64,000 nt of DNA from assembly GCA_963697165.1 (NCBI GenBank), contig CAVOMX010000024.1, positions 1-64,000 on the forward strand, given 5' to 3'. Position 1 is the stretch's first letter, and the number at the start of each line of letters is the position of its first letter. Shown piece after piece: positions 32,621 through 42,400 of this stretch. The notes below the pieces were generated by a model. The model made no database searches, was not told where the DNA came from, and saw only the letters and a list, made by a program, of their open reading frames with translations. The position numbers were made by a program, and so were the translations under genes. The stretch is from Candidatus Bathyarchaeota archaeon. Lineage in GTDB: Archaea; Thermoproteota; Bathyarchaeia; Bathyarchaeales; Bathyarchaeaceae.

Positions 32621-33031
32621 ATGCCTACCAAAAAAATGCGCGTAGAGATCTTCAATAATGGAGATCGTTACACGATAACCTTTGAGGGTCAGGTTACGCG
32701 AGATAAGGCTCTTCGTCTACTTGATTTGGTTGAACTTTTGGGAGGAATGCCAACCGTAAACCCTGAAACAGCTCGCTCTGCATCTGAAATATCTAAGATA
32801 GAGAAAGTTCGTTTAGTTGCGGAGAAAAATTTTCCTGTTGGCTGGTTTTCTTCAAAAGAATTACAGTCGGCGTATGAAAAGCAGTTTACTGAACCAATCC
32901 GTTTGAGTACAGCCTCAACTTATCTGTCTCGTCTAGCAGATAGGGGGTTCTTCATTAAAAAAGGCGCTTCAAATCAACTACGTTACAGAATTATGACTGC
33001 AATATCAAACTATCAGGTTCATGAAAGATAA
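32621..33031 (+). CDS. Origin-adjacent winged-helix protein
   Basis: C-terminal WFSSKELQSAYEKQF..PIRLSTASTYLSRLADRG wHTH; short N-terminal beta/alpha domain. Confidence 0.8.
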   Translation: MPTKKMRVEIFNNGDRYTITFEGQVTRDKALRLLDLVELLGGMPTVNPETARSASEISKIEKVRLVAEKNFPVGWFSSKELQSAYEKQFTEPIRLSTASTYLSRLADRGFFIKKGASNQLRYRIMTAISNYQVHER

Positions 33032-33108
33032 TAAATAGCCTGTCTTTTAAGATAGTTAATTTAGCGCTGAATTGTAAGACTCTTCGTGTTTGAGGAGAAA
33101 ACCTGCAT

Positions 33109-34140
33109 ATGGGTAAAATTCAAGAAGATTTGGTTGAGCTGAAAAACAAGCTTAAGTCATATGTTGATAAGGGTCGCCAAATAGGCTACGGCGATATTAA
33201 GCCGCAACCGCTGATTGTCACTAAACCTGACATGACTAAAATTAAGCCTCTAAAGAAGGTTAAACGCTGTGATTCACGGTTTTTGGCTGTGGACTGCTCT
33301 ACTAGAATTTTGAAGAGAGCCCACAACTGGGGCATTTACCTAATGCGTGTTGCGTACGCTTCTGTGGAGAACCGCAAAGTTAATTGGGGCTACGATGAAA
33401 GCATCGTAAGTGCAGTTGGGGACCGCCGTTACCGTTCTAACTTTTTGATGGACCGAAGGCTGCAACTAGAAAGTGAGATGGCTATGAAACTTCTTCACGA
33501 AGAGCCTACCGGGGATGTAGAGCCACATGGGAAGACTCTTCGTGGATTATGTGAGGGCGATTATGTTTTGTTAGATGGTGCTAGTTTTTTTGGGGGAAAA
33601 CGAGGGTTTCATACGTCGCTATACGAAGAGGCTCTTCGTAAAAAGGTTAATCTTCTCGCCGTAAGTAAACAATCTCCTATGTTGTGTGATGAGAAGGGAC
33701 GAGATTTTATGGCATCAACAAGTATTTTGTCACAATATCCTCTTTGGGTTTATCATCCGGTTAAAGAGGCAAATATGGCTGAGCATCTGTATGGTGATGT
33801 GTCTCTTGTGAAGTTGTGTGAAGATAGTCAACATGTCTTCCGTTGTGACATAATGGATTCTTTAACCTCTAGTGACGTGTCCGAGTTCCTTTCTCCCCTT
33901 ACATCGCTTTCCGAAGACCCCCGATGTTTAGGTTACCCTGTTACTCTTTGGCTAGCTCATGAATTTTCTGGAGCATCAAACTCAAAAATTCTTCAATATT
34001 ATGATTTAATTGAGAAAACACTGTCTGCTGATGGACTCTTAGAGACTCTTCGTAGGGAAGAGCTTTCCTGCAGTTTTGCTGACAAGATTCATGGAATAAC
34101 TAATCCTTATGAGGGTGGTGAAGGTTTTGACCGAATTTGA
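33109..34140 (+). CDS. NurA-family nuclease
   Basis: FLAVDCS, VLLDGA, LAVSK, GYPVTLWLAHE; overlaps the herA-like gene. Confidence 0.8.
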   Translation: MGKIQEDLVELKNKLKSYVDKGRQIGYGDIKPQPLIVTKPDMTKIKPLKKVKRCDSRFLAVDCSTRILKRAHNWGIYLMRVAYASVENRKVNWGYDESIVSAVGDRRYRSNFLMDRRLQLESEMAMKLLHEEPTGDVEPHGKTLRGLCEGDYVLLDGASFFGGKRGFHTSLYEEALRKKVNLLAVSKQSPMLCDEKGRDFMASTSILSQYPLWVYHPVKEANMAEHLYGDVSLVKLCEDSQHVFRCDIMDSLTSSDVSEFLSPLTSLSEDPRCLGYPVTLWLAHEFSGASNSKILQYYDLIEKTLSADGLLETLRREELSCSFADKIHGITNPYEGGEGFDRI

Positions 34141-35692
34141 GCCTGTTGGGTTTGTTCGCGAAGTGAAAGGGGACAAAATCTCTTTTTTCCTAAATCAGGG
34201 AGTAACTCTTTCTTTTGGTCAGATTGTCCGAATAGATTCTGATAACCGGAGCTTCTATGCGCGTGTCGTAGATGCTGGGAGTTCCTCTACGCTGAAAACT
34301 AATGAGCAGCTTCGTGAAGCTGAGGGAAAAGAGTCTTTTGGGCCTTACTCCAGCTTTAGGCACGTCGATGCAGTTCTGTTGCTTGAAAGTAACGCTGGGA
34401 AGATACGTTCTCCAACTTTTAACCCTAATTATATGGATCATGTATTTACAACAAACGAGGAAGACTACTCGATTTTGCGGCTTTCGGGCGATTTAGAGAT
34501 AGGTCTTTTGCGTTCAGGAGAAGAGGTTCTGGGCGAGGTAGGAATTAGTGTTAAGGCTATCCCGAAGATGATGGGCATGTTCGGAATGACCGGCTCAGGA
34601 AAAACCAACACCGAACTTATTCTAAACGCGCGTATAATCGATAACCCTGAAACTGTTGGTCTTATCTTCGATTTCGCCGGTCAGTTGCTGTCAGGAAAGG
34701 ACATTGGGTCTGAGAGTGGTCTAGGGGATCACCCTCTTTTTCATAGTAAGGTTCGTTACTATTCCGCGAGAGATGGCAAACTATGCATCGGCTTGCGTAC
34801 TCTTACTCCTGGAAGGTTATGGACGCTTTTTCCTGAAATTGGGAGACCCCAAATACGAGTTGCCCGGAGATTGTATGAGCAACTGGGCAACTGTTGGATA
34901 GAGGAATCCCGTGAAGCCTACATTTTAGAGGGCTACTTAGGTGTTGGCAAAATCATCAACTACAAATCTTCGAACGTAATTAATGCTTTGATGAGTAGGC
35001 TTTCCGACCTTCCGCCGCATCTCTTCCCGCCTTCCAACTATAACTTCATAGAAGATGTGGTCCAAAACATAAGCAAAGGAATTACGTGCCTCATTGACAT
35101 ATCAGGCTTAACTTCTGAAGAGCAACAAAACGTCACCTGTCTAACAGCGACAAGCGTTGCACAGCATTATAAGCTGTTGTGGGAAAACAAATTCGAAGAA
35201 TGGAAAAAGCTCCCAACTCTGTTGATCACTCTGGAAGAGGCTCACGAGTTTCTTGATCCCGAAATACGCAAAACCATCTTTTCTAACATCGCCCTAACAT
35301 ACCGTAAATATCGTGTCGGCTTAAACGCTGTAACTCCAAGGCCTTCAAAAATAAATCGTGACGTTTTCGCCGAGCTTTGGACCAAAGTCATCATGAAGAC
35401 CGAGCTTAAACGAGACCGGGATTATCTAACCCAAAATACGCCTTACATGGAATACAGTGACACCGAAATTAAAATGCTTGACATCGGAGAAGCATTACTT
35501 ATTTCAGAGCCGCAGATTCGGTTCGCGGTTCCTATCAAAGTTATTCATTACCCTGATTATCTACAGCAGCGGGGAACTGTGGAGTATGATTTGGCGCCCT
35601 CAAAGCCTCTTTCTGAAATGGATGAGAAACTGAAACGAATCAAAGCTGCCGGAGAGTCTCTTGCGGCTGAAGAAAGGTCTAGGAAACGCTAG
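34109..35692 (+). CDS. HerA/FtsK-family ATPase (HAS barrel plus ATPase)
   Basis: N-terminal HAS-barrel-like region, Walker A GMTGSGKTN, IFDFAGQ, Walker B LITLEEAH, YRKYRVGL...TPRPS. Confidence 0.88.
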   Translation: MRVVKVLTEFEPVGFVREVKGDKISFFLNQGVTLSFGQIVRIDSDNRSFYARVVDAGSSSTLKTNEQLREAEGKESFGPYSSFRHVDAVLLLESNAGKIRSPTFNPNYMDHVFTTNEEDYSILRLSGDLEIGLLRSGEEVLGEVGISVKAIPKMMGMFGMTGSGKTNTELILNARIIDNPETVGLIFDFAGQLLSGKDIGSESGLGDHPLFHSKVRYYSARDGKLCIGLRTLTPGRLWTLFPEIGRPQIRVARRLYEQLGNCWIEESREAYILEGYLGVGKIINYKSSNVINALMSRLSDLPPHLFPPSNYNFIEDVVQNISKGITCLIDISGLTSEEQQNVTCLTATSVAQHYKLLWENKFEEWKKLPTLLITLEEAHEFLDPEIRKTIFSNIALTYRKYRVGLNAVTPRPSKINRDVFAELWTKVIMKTELKRDRDYLTQNTPYMEYSDTEIKMLDIGEALLISEPQIRFAVPIKVIHYPDYLQQRGTVEYDLAPSKPLSEMDEKLKRIKAAGESLAAEERSRKR

Positions 35693-36392
35693 CTTCTCTT
35701 TTTTTTAGTATCTTTTGCATCTCTTCTTTTAATCGATAGACATAAGGCATCTTATGGGTGTCTCTTTCCATATACCCGTCTTTGTATAGCTTCTTCATTA
35801 GACGCGCAGTGTGCTCTCTTGTGAGACCAATCTTTTCTCTTATTTCAGGCGCCGTTTTTTCTCCCTCTTTACCAATTGTTTCGAGGACCATAAGCTCGGT
35901 TTCAGTCAGTGGTTCCAAGGCTTTTTCCTTTCTTATTGGAATGGCCGCCTCTATCTGCATCTCAGGAACATAAGCCTCTTTCTTGATTTTCTCGATCTCA
36001 ACAAGCTTTTTCATAACTTTGTCTTGGGCTTCCTTTATGCCTACAACCTCGTTGCGCATCTCTTTAAGTTGTCCAGAAACCTTTTCTTCAATATGCGGAA
36101 CATCAGCCATTAGCCTAGTAATATCCGTTAATCGTCCCTCGTATTCCTCTACCTTTTCTACGACTTTTTTGTTCTCCAACAAGGCGTTCTCCATCTTCTG
36201 GGCAACAAAAAGAACCCTGTCCTTTTGCCTCCTGAATTGGCTGTCAACACTCACAACTATGTCATCTACAACTCCTTTTGCCCTGTCGTACTCTTGGCGC
36301 AGAGTCATTATTCGGCGATAATAAAGAAATATTGCCGAAATTGTGCCAAATAACAGAACCGACGTCACCACTAACATGAAGTCTGAACTCAC
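35679..36392 (-). CDS. Membrane-anchored coiled-coil winged-helix protein
   Basis: N-terminal TM (LVVTSVLLFGTISAIFLYY then RR), ~110-aa E/K-rich heptad region, C-terminal LTETELMVLETI...TAPEIREKIGLTREHTARLMKKLYKDGY wHTH. Confidence 0.85.
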   Translation of the reverse strand: MSSDFMLVVTSVLLFGTISAIFLYYRRIMTLRQEYDRAKGVVDDIVVSVDSQFRRQKDRVLFVAQKMENALLENKKVVEKVEEYEGRLTDITRLMADVPHIEEKVSGQLKEMRNEVVGIKEAQDKVMKKLVEIEKIKKEAYVPEMQIEAAIPIRKEKALEPLTETELMVLETIGKEGEKTAPEIREKIGLTREHTARLMKKLYKDGYMERDTHKMPYVYRLKEEMQKILKKREASVS

Positions 36393-36404
36393 TAACTCAG
36401 CTCC

Positions 36405-36521
36405 TCACATGTGATTTCAACGTGATGCCGTGTGATATGCATATGTAATCACACATCACAATAGTATATAAACAAACTTAAAGTTTTTCCTAAATTCTGC
36501 ATCGTGACATCACACGTCACA
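36405..36521. repeat. GTGA/TCAC array 1
   Basis: TCACATGTGA, CGTGAT, TGTGAT, ATCACA x2, GTGACATCAC, GTCACA. Confidence 0.8.
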
Positions 36522-36746
36522 AACGCCTCATAGCGAAGCTTCGGTGAAAGTGTGCTAGCCGACATTACCCCTCACTTTTTTCTCCCCCTCTACTTTTACA
36601 TTCCGCTACTAAAAACTGTCTAAAACACCCTAATTTTTGTAACAGGCTCTAAAATGGGCTTAAATTGTTGCGCAAAACTTTCTGTTGTTTGAGTGTTTGG
36701 AGCTGCCCTGTTTATGGGTTTTGTCTGGGCACAAGTGGCTATTTTT

Positions 36747-36778
36747 TGTGATAAAATGGCTGTGATTTGTGATGTCAC
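36747..36778. repeat. GTGA/TCAC array 2
   Basis: TGTGAT x3 ending in GTGATGTCAC. Confidence 0.75.
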
Positions 36779-37252
36779 GGTCTTTTTGATATTTTTCGGG
36801 GGTTGGTGAGTTCTTCTAGACTGTCTTTGAGCTCTTCGTGGAGTTGTGCCACTGGTCCTGATGTGTTCTTCTTTTGGCATCTTTTTCGCAAGTTCTCGTT
36901 GAGTGTTTATGTACGTTTTTAGCTTGTTTGCTGCCTCTAAATATGGTTCTAGGCTGATTTCTTCGAGAATTCCTAGGTATCCTAGGAGCAGAATTGTGTA
37001 GATTGATTGGGTAACATTCTGTCTGGCTTGCCTTAAACTCCTGTTAAACGCGCCCCTGCTTACGGCTAAAATCCGTAATTTGGCTTTTTCGTCATATTTT
37101 AGGCTTTTATCGGATATATTTTCTGCTAAAACGTCTATTAGAAGAGTTTCTATCTGTATTTTGGTTAAATTGCTGTTTTTTGAAAGTATTTTTACCAACG
37201 GGTCATTTAATGAGTAATTTAGCCAATTTTGGGCCTTTTCCTTCAAGTTCAA
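36775..37252 (-). CDS. Tfx/sigma70-region-4-like HTH protein (3' frameshift; true stop about 36775)
   Basis: SNLTKIQIETL...YDEKAKLR..VSRGAFNRSLRQARQNV resembles Tfx; alternate frame ends VAQLHEELKDSLEELTNPRKISKRP*. Confidence 0.7.
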
Positions 37253-37608
37253 ACTCTATACTCCAACCCCTGTTCCAAAGGATACAATTTCGTATACCAC
37301 ACCCTGCAATAAAAAACTTTACCATAACTAACCCAAAAAAAGCCCATGCTATTAATTTTTCTTCAATTACTAAAAAACAAATAAAATACTAACAAAAACT
37401 TCAATAAACTACATAAAAATACACTTAAAGAATTATTCAATCACTAAAAAATAACGGAACATTCCCTTGCATTTTATTGGAAAACTTTGCTTTAACCCAA
37501 AATCTGCTGGCGACGCCTCAATTAACTGCGTTAGGCTCTCTCCAGTGGGCTAATTACTCCCTCCAAAAGTCAACTCTTTACTCTATATCTGTGCTATCTT
37601 TGCAGTTT

Positions 37609-37830
37609 TGTGACCTTGTGATTTACCAGCTATGTGATTTCTTATCACAGTTGAATCACGTGTGATTATCACAGAATCACGTGTGACCTCACGCGCAACC
37701 CCCATTCTAAAATAGTCCGTTTTTGGACTATTTTCTGTTTTAACTCGTTTTTTGGGCTTTTCTAATGTGATGTTATGGTGTAGTGCCTGTTCTTTTGTGA
37801 TTCTTTTGATGTCACATGAAACCCCATCAC
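37609..37830. repeat. GTGA/TCAC array 3 with internal 10-bp inverted repeat
   Basis: GAATCACGTGTGA twice (37653, 37674), multiple TGTGAY/ATCACA copies; AAAATAGTCC-N6-GGACTATTTT at 37709-37734. Confidence 0.85.
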
Positions 37831-38329
37831 TACCGTAGATTGATGGAAATCAGACGCGTTAGTTAATGTAGGCACTGTTGTTAATTGGCTGAAGGTCAAA
37901 TCCGAAGTTTTTGAGGCGAATTCTACGTGCTTAACCTCATCAAACCGCGATGTTTTCTCATCGGGCATTGAGCTACTTTAACACGCTGACGCATAATGGG
38001 CTGAGCAAACTGATGTGACTGGTCTGCGGACTCCACATTAATTCCATAAAAACAATCCAAAAATTAGTGTTTACACATATAATTGTCGATAGAATGTTGA
38101 TTGTGATTTATATCGATAACGTTTCTATTATTCAACACATCGTTCATAGATTTCGTTTTGCTGGTCCCTGTTTTTGTTCTCAAGTTCCCTTTTCATGACC
38201 TTTTTTTCTCTTGATTTAGCGTTTTCACTTATGCTTTTAGGACAAATATTTAAGCTATTGTTGAATTATAATTTGAAACAAGTATCTTAATCACAGAGTT
38301 AAACCGATTCATGTCACAGGGGCTTTGAA

Positions 38330-38569
38330 ATGGGCAGAAGAAGAAGAAAAGTTGTTCATATACCTAAAAAGAAGTTGCCTACTGTTTACCTCTGTCCTAG
38401 GTGCGGCAAACAATCAATTAATGTTGAAATATTTCCTGGCGGTGAACACGCTAAAGTGCGGTGTGGTAGTTGTGAATTAACAGAGGAATTGGATACTAGG
38501 CCTGCTTTTAGGGAGATTGACATATACTGTCAATTCACGGACCTTTTTTATTCAAGATTGGCGGTCTAG
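38330..38569 (+). CDS. elf1: Transcription elongation factor Elf1
   Basis: MGRRRRK...LPTVYLCPRCG...CGSC...IDIYCQFTD. Confidence 0.9.
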   Translation: MGRRRRKVVHIPKKKLPTVYLCPRCGKQSINVEIFPGGEHAKVRCGSCELTEELDTRPAFREIDIYCQFTDLFYSRLAV

Positions 38570-38583
38570 TTAAGGGATCAAAT

Positions 38584-39342
38584 ATGGTTGGTCGAGTAGA
38601 AAAATATCTCTTAGAGAAGATCGCGAAAGAGGGAACCATTCACATGACTCTTGTTGATCCAGAAAAGGTTACGCCATCGTCTGCCTCCCGTATAGCTAAA
38701 GATGCTGAATCTTGTGATACAGCGGCTATAATGGTGGGCGGTTCAACTTCTGTTTCTGGTTCTCATCTGGATAAAGTTACAAAAGCTCTGAAAGATGCTG
38801 TGAAAATACCTGTAATCCTTTTCCCTAACAACATCACTGGAATAACCCGACATGCTGACGCTATCTGGTTCATGTCTCTCCTTAATTCTGCAGACCCATA
38901 CTTTATTATGGGCGCTCAAGTCTTAGGCGCCCCCATCATCAAAAAATTCGGTTTGGAACCTATTTCTCTCGGCTACATCATTGTGGGTGAGGGAGGCACG
39001 GTTAGTGTCGTGGGAAAAGCCATTCCTATCCCATACAACAAACCTGAACTTGCAGCTGCCCATGCACTAGCAGCCGAATATTTTGGTATGCGCTTCGTAT
39101 ACTTAGAAGCAGGATCCGGAGTCGGAAACCCCGTGCCCGCTGATATGGTAAGAGCGGTCAAGAATGTAACTAATCTTCCCTTAATTGTAGGCGGCGGTAT
39201 ACGAACCGGTGAACAGGTGAAAGATATAGTGAAAGCTGGCGCCAGCATTGTTGTAACTGGTAATGTTCTGGAGGAAAACAAAGGGAAAAGCAAGATAACA
39301 GAACTGGTAGACAACATGAAAGCCCACAAAATAACGCGTTAA
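38584..39342 (+). CDS. Geranylgeranylglyceryl phosphate synthase
   Basis: HMTLVDPEK, MVGGST, LFPNNI, YLEAGSG, VGGGIR. Confidence 0.95.
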   Translation: MVGRVEKYLLEKIAKEGTIHMTLVDPEKVTPSSASRIAKDAESCDTAAIMVGGSTSVSGSHLDKVTKALKDAVKIPVILFPNNITGITRHADAIWFMSLLNSADPYFIMGAQVLGAPIIKKFGLEPISLGYIIVGEGGTVSVVGKAIPIPYNKPELAAAHALAAEYFGMRFVYLEAGSGVGNPVPADMVRAVKNVTNLPLIVGGGIRTGEQVKDIVKAGASIVVTGNVLEENKGKSKITELVDNMKAHKITR

Positions 39343-39422
39343 AACATTGTTCTGTTTTACATTGTTTGTTTTTAGAAAAGCTCAATACCTTGCTTCGTGA
39401 GAATTAGGTAAGGAGAACGATT

Positions 39423-42400
39423 TTGCCGATCCCGATGAGCGAAGAGTACAAGCAGTATGCTGATTCTTTGGAGAAAAGCCTTGAGAGCATATATGCTGTA
39501 GCGAGAGAGGCGCGGAAAAAAGGGTTAGACCCTGCTATCGTTCCCGAACCTGAGGTTGCAAATGACTTAGCTGAACTAGTAGAAGGGCTTGTTGGTCCTC
39601 CTGGGGTCGCTAAGGGCATACGCGATTTGAGTGAGAAGATGTCTCGAGAGGCGCTCACCTTCAAAATTACTGAACAGATCATAAATGGAAAATTTGGTGT
39701 CATGGATGCCCGTGAAGCCGCTGAACAGGCAATGAGAACTGCTCTTGCGATATTAACTGAAGGAATAACCGCGGCTCCTATACAAGGCATTGCTAAGGTA
39801 GAAATAAAAACTAATCCTGATCGGACAAACTACTTGGCGATATACTATGCTGGTCCAATACGTTCAGCCGGTGGCACAGAACAAGCCTTAACAATAATAG
39901 TTGGTGATCACATTCGTCGCCTGCTCAAGCTGGATCGATACAAACCAACAGAAGAAGAAATTTGTCGTTTCATAGAAGAAGTGCGGCTGTTTGAACGGGC
40001 TATCGCCAGATTTCAGTATCACATCTCAGACGAAGAGTTACGAAGAGCCATACCGAACATCCCCGTGGAGGTAACCGGCACCGAATCAGACCCCGTTGAA
40101 GTTTCGTCCTTCCGGAACCTCCCTCGAATCGAAACAAACAATGTTCGGGGCGGAGCTCTCAGAGTTGTAAACGATGGAATAGTTGGACGAGCATCAAAAG
40201 TATTAACCACTATCGAGAAACTCCAGATTGATGGCTGGGAATGGCTTGGAGGCCTAAAAGAGTTCTCGAAGAAAAAGAAAGCCGGATTCATGGAAGACGT
40301 CATAGCTGGGCGCCCAATTTTCTCGTTTCCATCTAGATTTGGAGGCTTCAGGCTTCGCTACGGAAGATCCCGAAACACAGGACTTGCAGCGGTCGGTATA
40401 CACCCCGCCACCATGATGGTTGTCCAGAATTTTCTTGCCGCTGGAACCCAGCTTCGTTTAGAGGGTCCAGGAAAAGGCGGGATTACTGTTCCGGTTGATA
40501 GTATTGAGCCTCCTATTGTGCGCTTAAAAAACGGGTCTGTTGTGCGTGTTACTCTCCAGAATTTTGCTCAAATTGAGAAACTGATTGACAGAATTCTGTT
40601 TCTTGGAGACATCCTGATTGGATTTGGCGACTTTCTATACACCAATAAGCCTCTTCGTCCGTCTGGCTACAACGAAGAGTGGTGGCATGAAGAGCTTGTG
40701 GTAGCACTTGACCAGAAGTTTGGTTCTGACTTGAAGGAAGCCACAAAAGCTGTTGGTTTGTCTACTTCGCGTCTTGATGACCTTTTAGCTGATCCCTTCA
40801 AGAATAAGCCAAACGCGAAGGAAGCCATTGCTCTTTCTTCTGTTTTCGGGATTCCGCTTACATCCTTTCTTCACCTTTTTCTGGGAGAATGTTTCCCTTG
40901 AAGAGTTTGGGGTTTTAAGAAACTGGCTGTTAACCTCTAAGACGAAAGTTGAAGATGCAGTGGTTAAAGAGATTGTTGGCTTGAAAGATAAAGCGGCGAA
41001 GAGTATCCTTGATAAACTCTGTATTCCCCACAATGTGATCGCAAACAGTATCCTCATAAAAGATGATGAGGCGCACATTCTCGCTTTTTGTCTCGGATTG
41101 AACGCACCTGACCGTATAGTAGACTCTTCGGGAAGCATTTTTGAGCATATACAGAAGTTCACGGGTGTTTCGATTAGGGCAAAGGCTCCCAGCTTTGTGG
41201 GCGCCAGAATGGGGCGCCCTGAGAAGGCTAAACATAGAGAAATGAAGCCGCTTGTTCATTCTCTATTTCCTGTTGGGCTTGCTGGTGGTTCCCGACGTAA
41301 TCTCTCTGAGGCTTCTACTAATGCTTCGATTGAAGTTGATATTGTGAGGCGTCACTGCATAAAGTGTAATGGTTTAACTTTTCTAATTCGTTGCCCTACC
41401 TGTGGCTCAGATACTGTTTTGGAGAAGTTTTGTCCTCAGTGCGGGAGATGCTTTAAAAGAGGATGCTTGTCCTGTCTGTAAATCTTCAACCAGAAGTTAT
41501 GCTCAGACAGCAGGTTGACATACGGTCTTTGATGTCTTTGGCTTGCAGAAATCTGGGACTTCATATGCCTAGCCTTGTGAAAGGTGTAAAAGGCATGACA
41601 AACGAAACGAAGACACCAGAGATTCTAGAGAAGGGGATTCTGCGGGCTAAACATGGTTTATCGGTCTTCAAGGACGGAACAATTCGTTTCGATGTTACGA
41701 ATGCTCCTCTTACCCATTTTACTCCTAAAGAGATTGGCGTCTCTGTTGAGCAGCTTCGATTGAATGGTTACCTGCATGACTATGAAGGAAATCCTTTAAC
41801 TGAGCCTGACCAGATTTGCGAGCTTAGGGTGCAGGATATAGTTATTCCCCGTAACTGTGGAGACTATTTTATTCATGTTGCAGCCTTTCTGGATGAACTG
41901 CTTGAGAAAATATACGAGCTTCCTCCTTACTACAAAATCGAAAAAGCCGCCGATCTAATTGGGCGCATCATTGTCGGTTTGGCGCCACACACCTCAGTTG
42001 GCATCGTCGGAAGGATTATCGGTTTTACTCCCCTGAAGGTCTGTTACGCTCATCCTCTGTGGCATTCAGCGAAACGTAGAGACTGTGACGGCGACGAGGA
42101 TGCATTGATGCTGGCTTTGGATACAATCCTGAATTTCTCTAAAGTCTTTCTGCCCTCTCATATAGGAGGAATAATGGATGCTCCTATCCTGATTATCCCA
42201 ATCGTGAATCCTATGGAAGTGCAACGGCAAGCTCACGAAGTTGATGTTGCAGGAAAGTATCCGCTACTGTTTTACGAAAAAACTTTGCGAACAGGCAGAC
42301 CCCCGACAAACAAGCACAATAATTGATACAATTGAAAATCGGTTGAACACTCCAGCTCAGTTTGAGGGCTTCAAATACACTATTCCTGTTTCGAACGTCA

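Noticed and set aside
36620..36774. C-terminal extension of the 210-aa ORF
   Set aside because: Read-through caused by a frameshift; the alternate frame gives a helical C-terminus ending at 36775.
37609..37830. GTGA arrays as a CRISPR array
   Set aside because: Units are 5-13 bp, in both orientations, with no regular 30-40 bp spacers and no cas genes.
37477..37968. Short ORFs 37477-37665 and 37762-37968
   Set aside because: No recognisable motifs; they run through the repeat arrays and are probably spurious.
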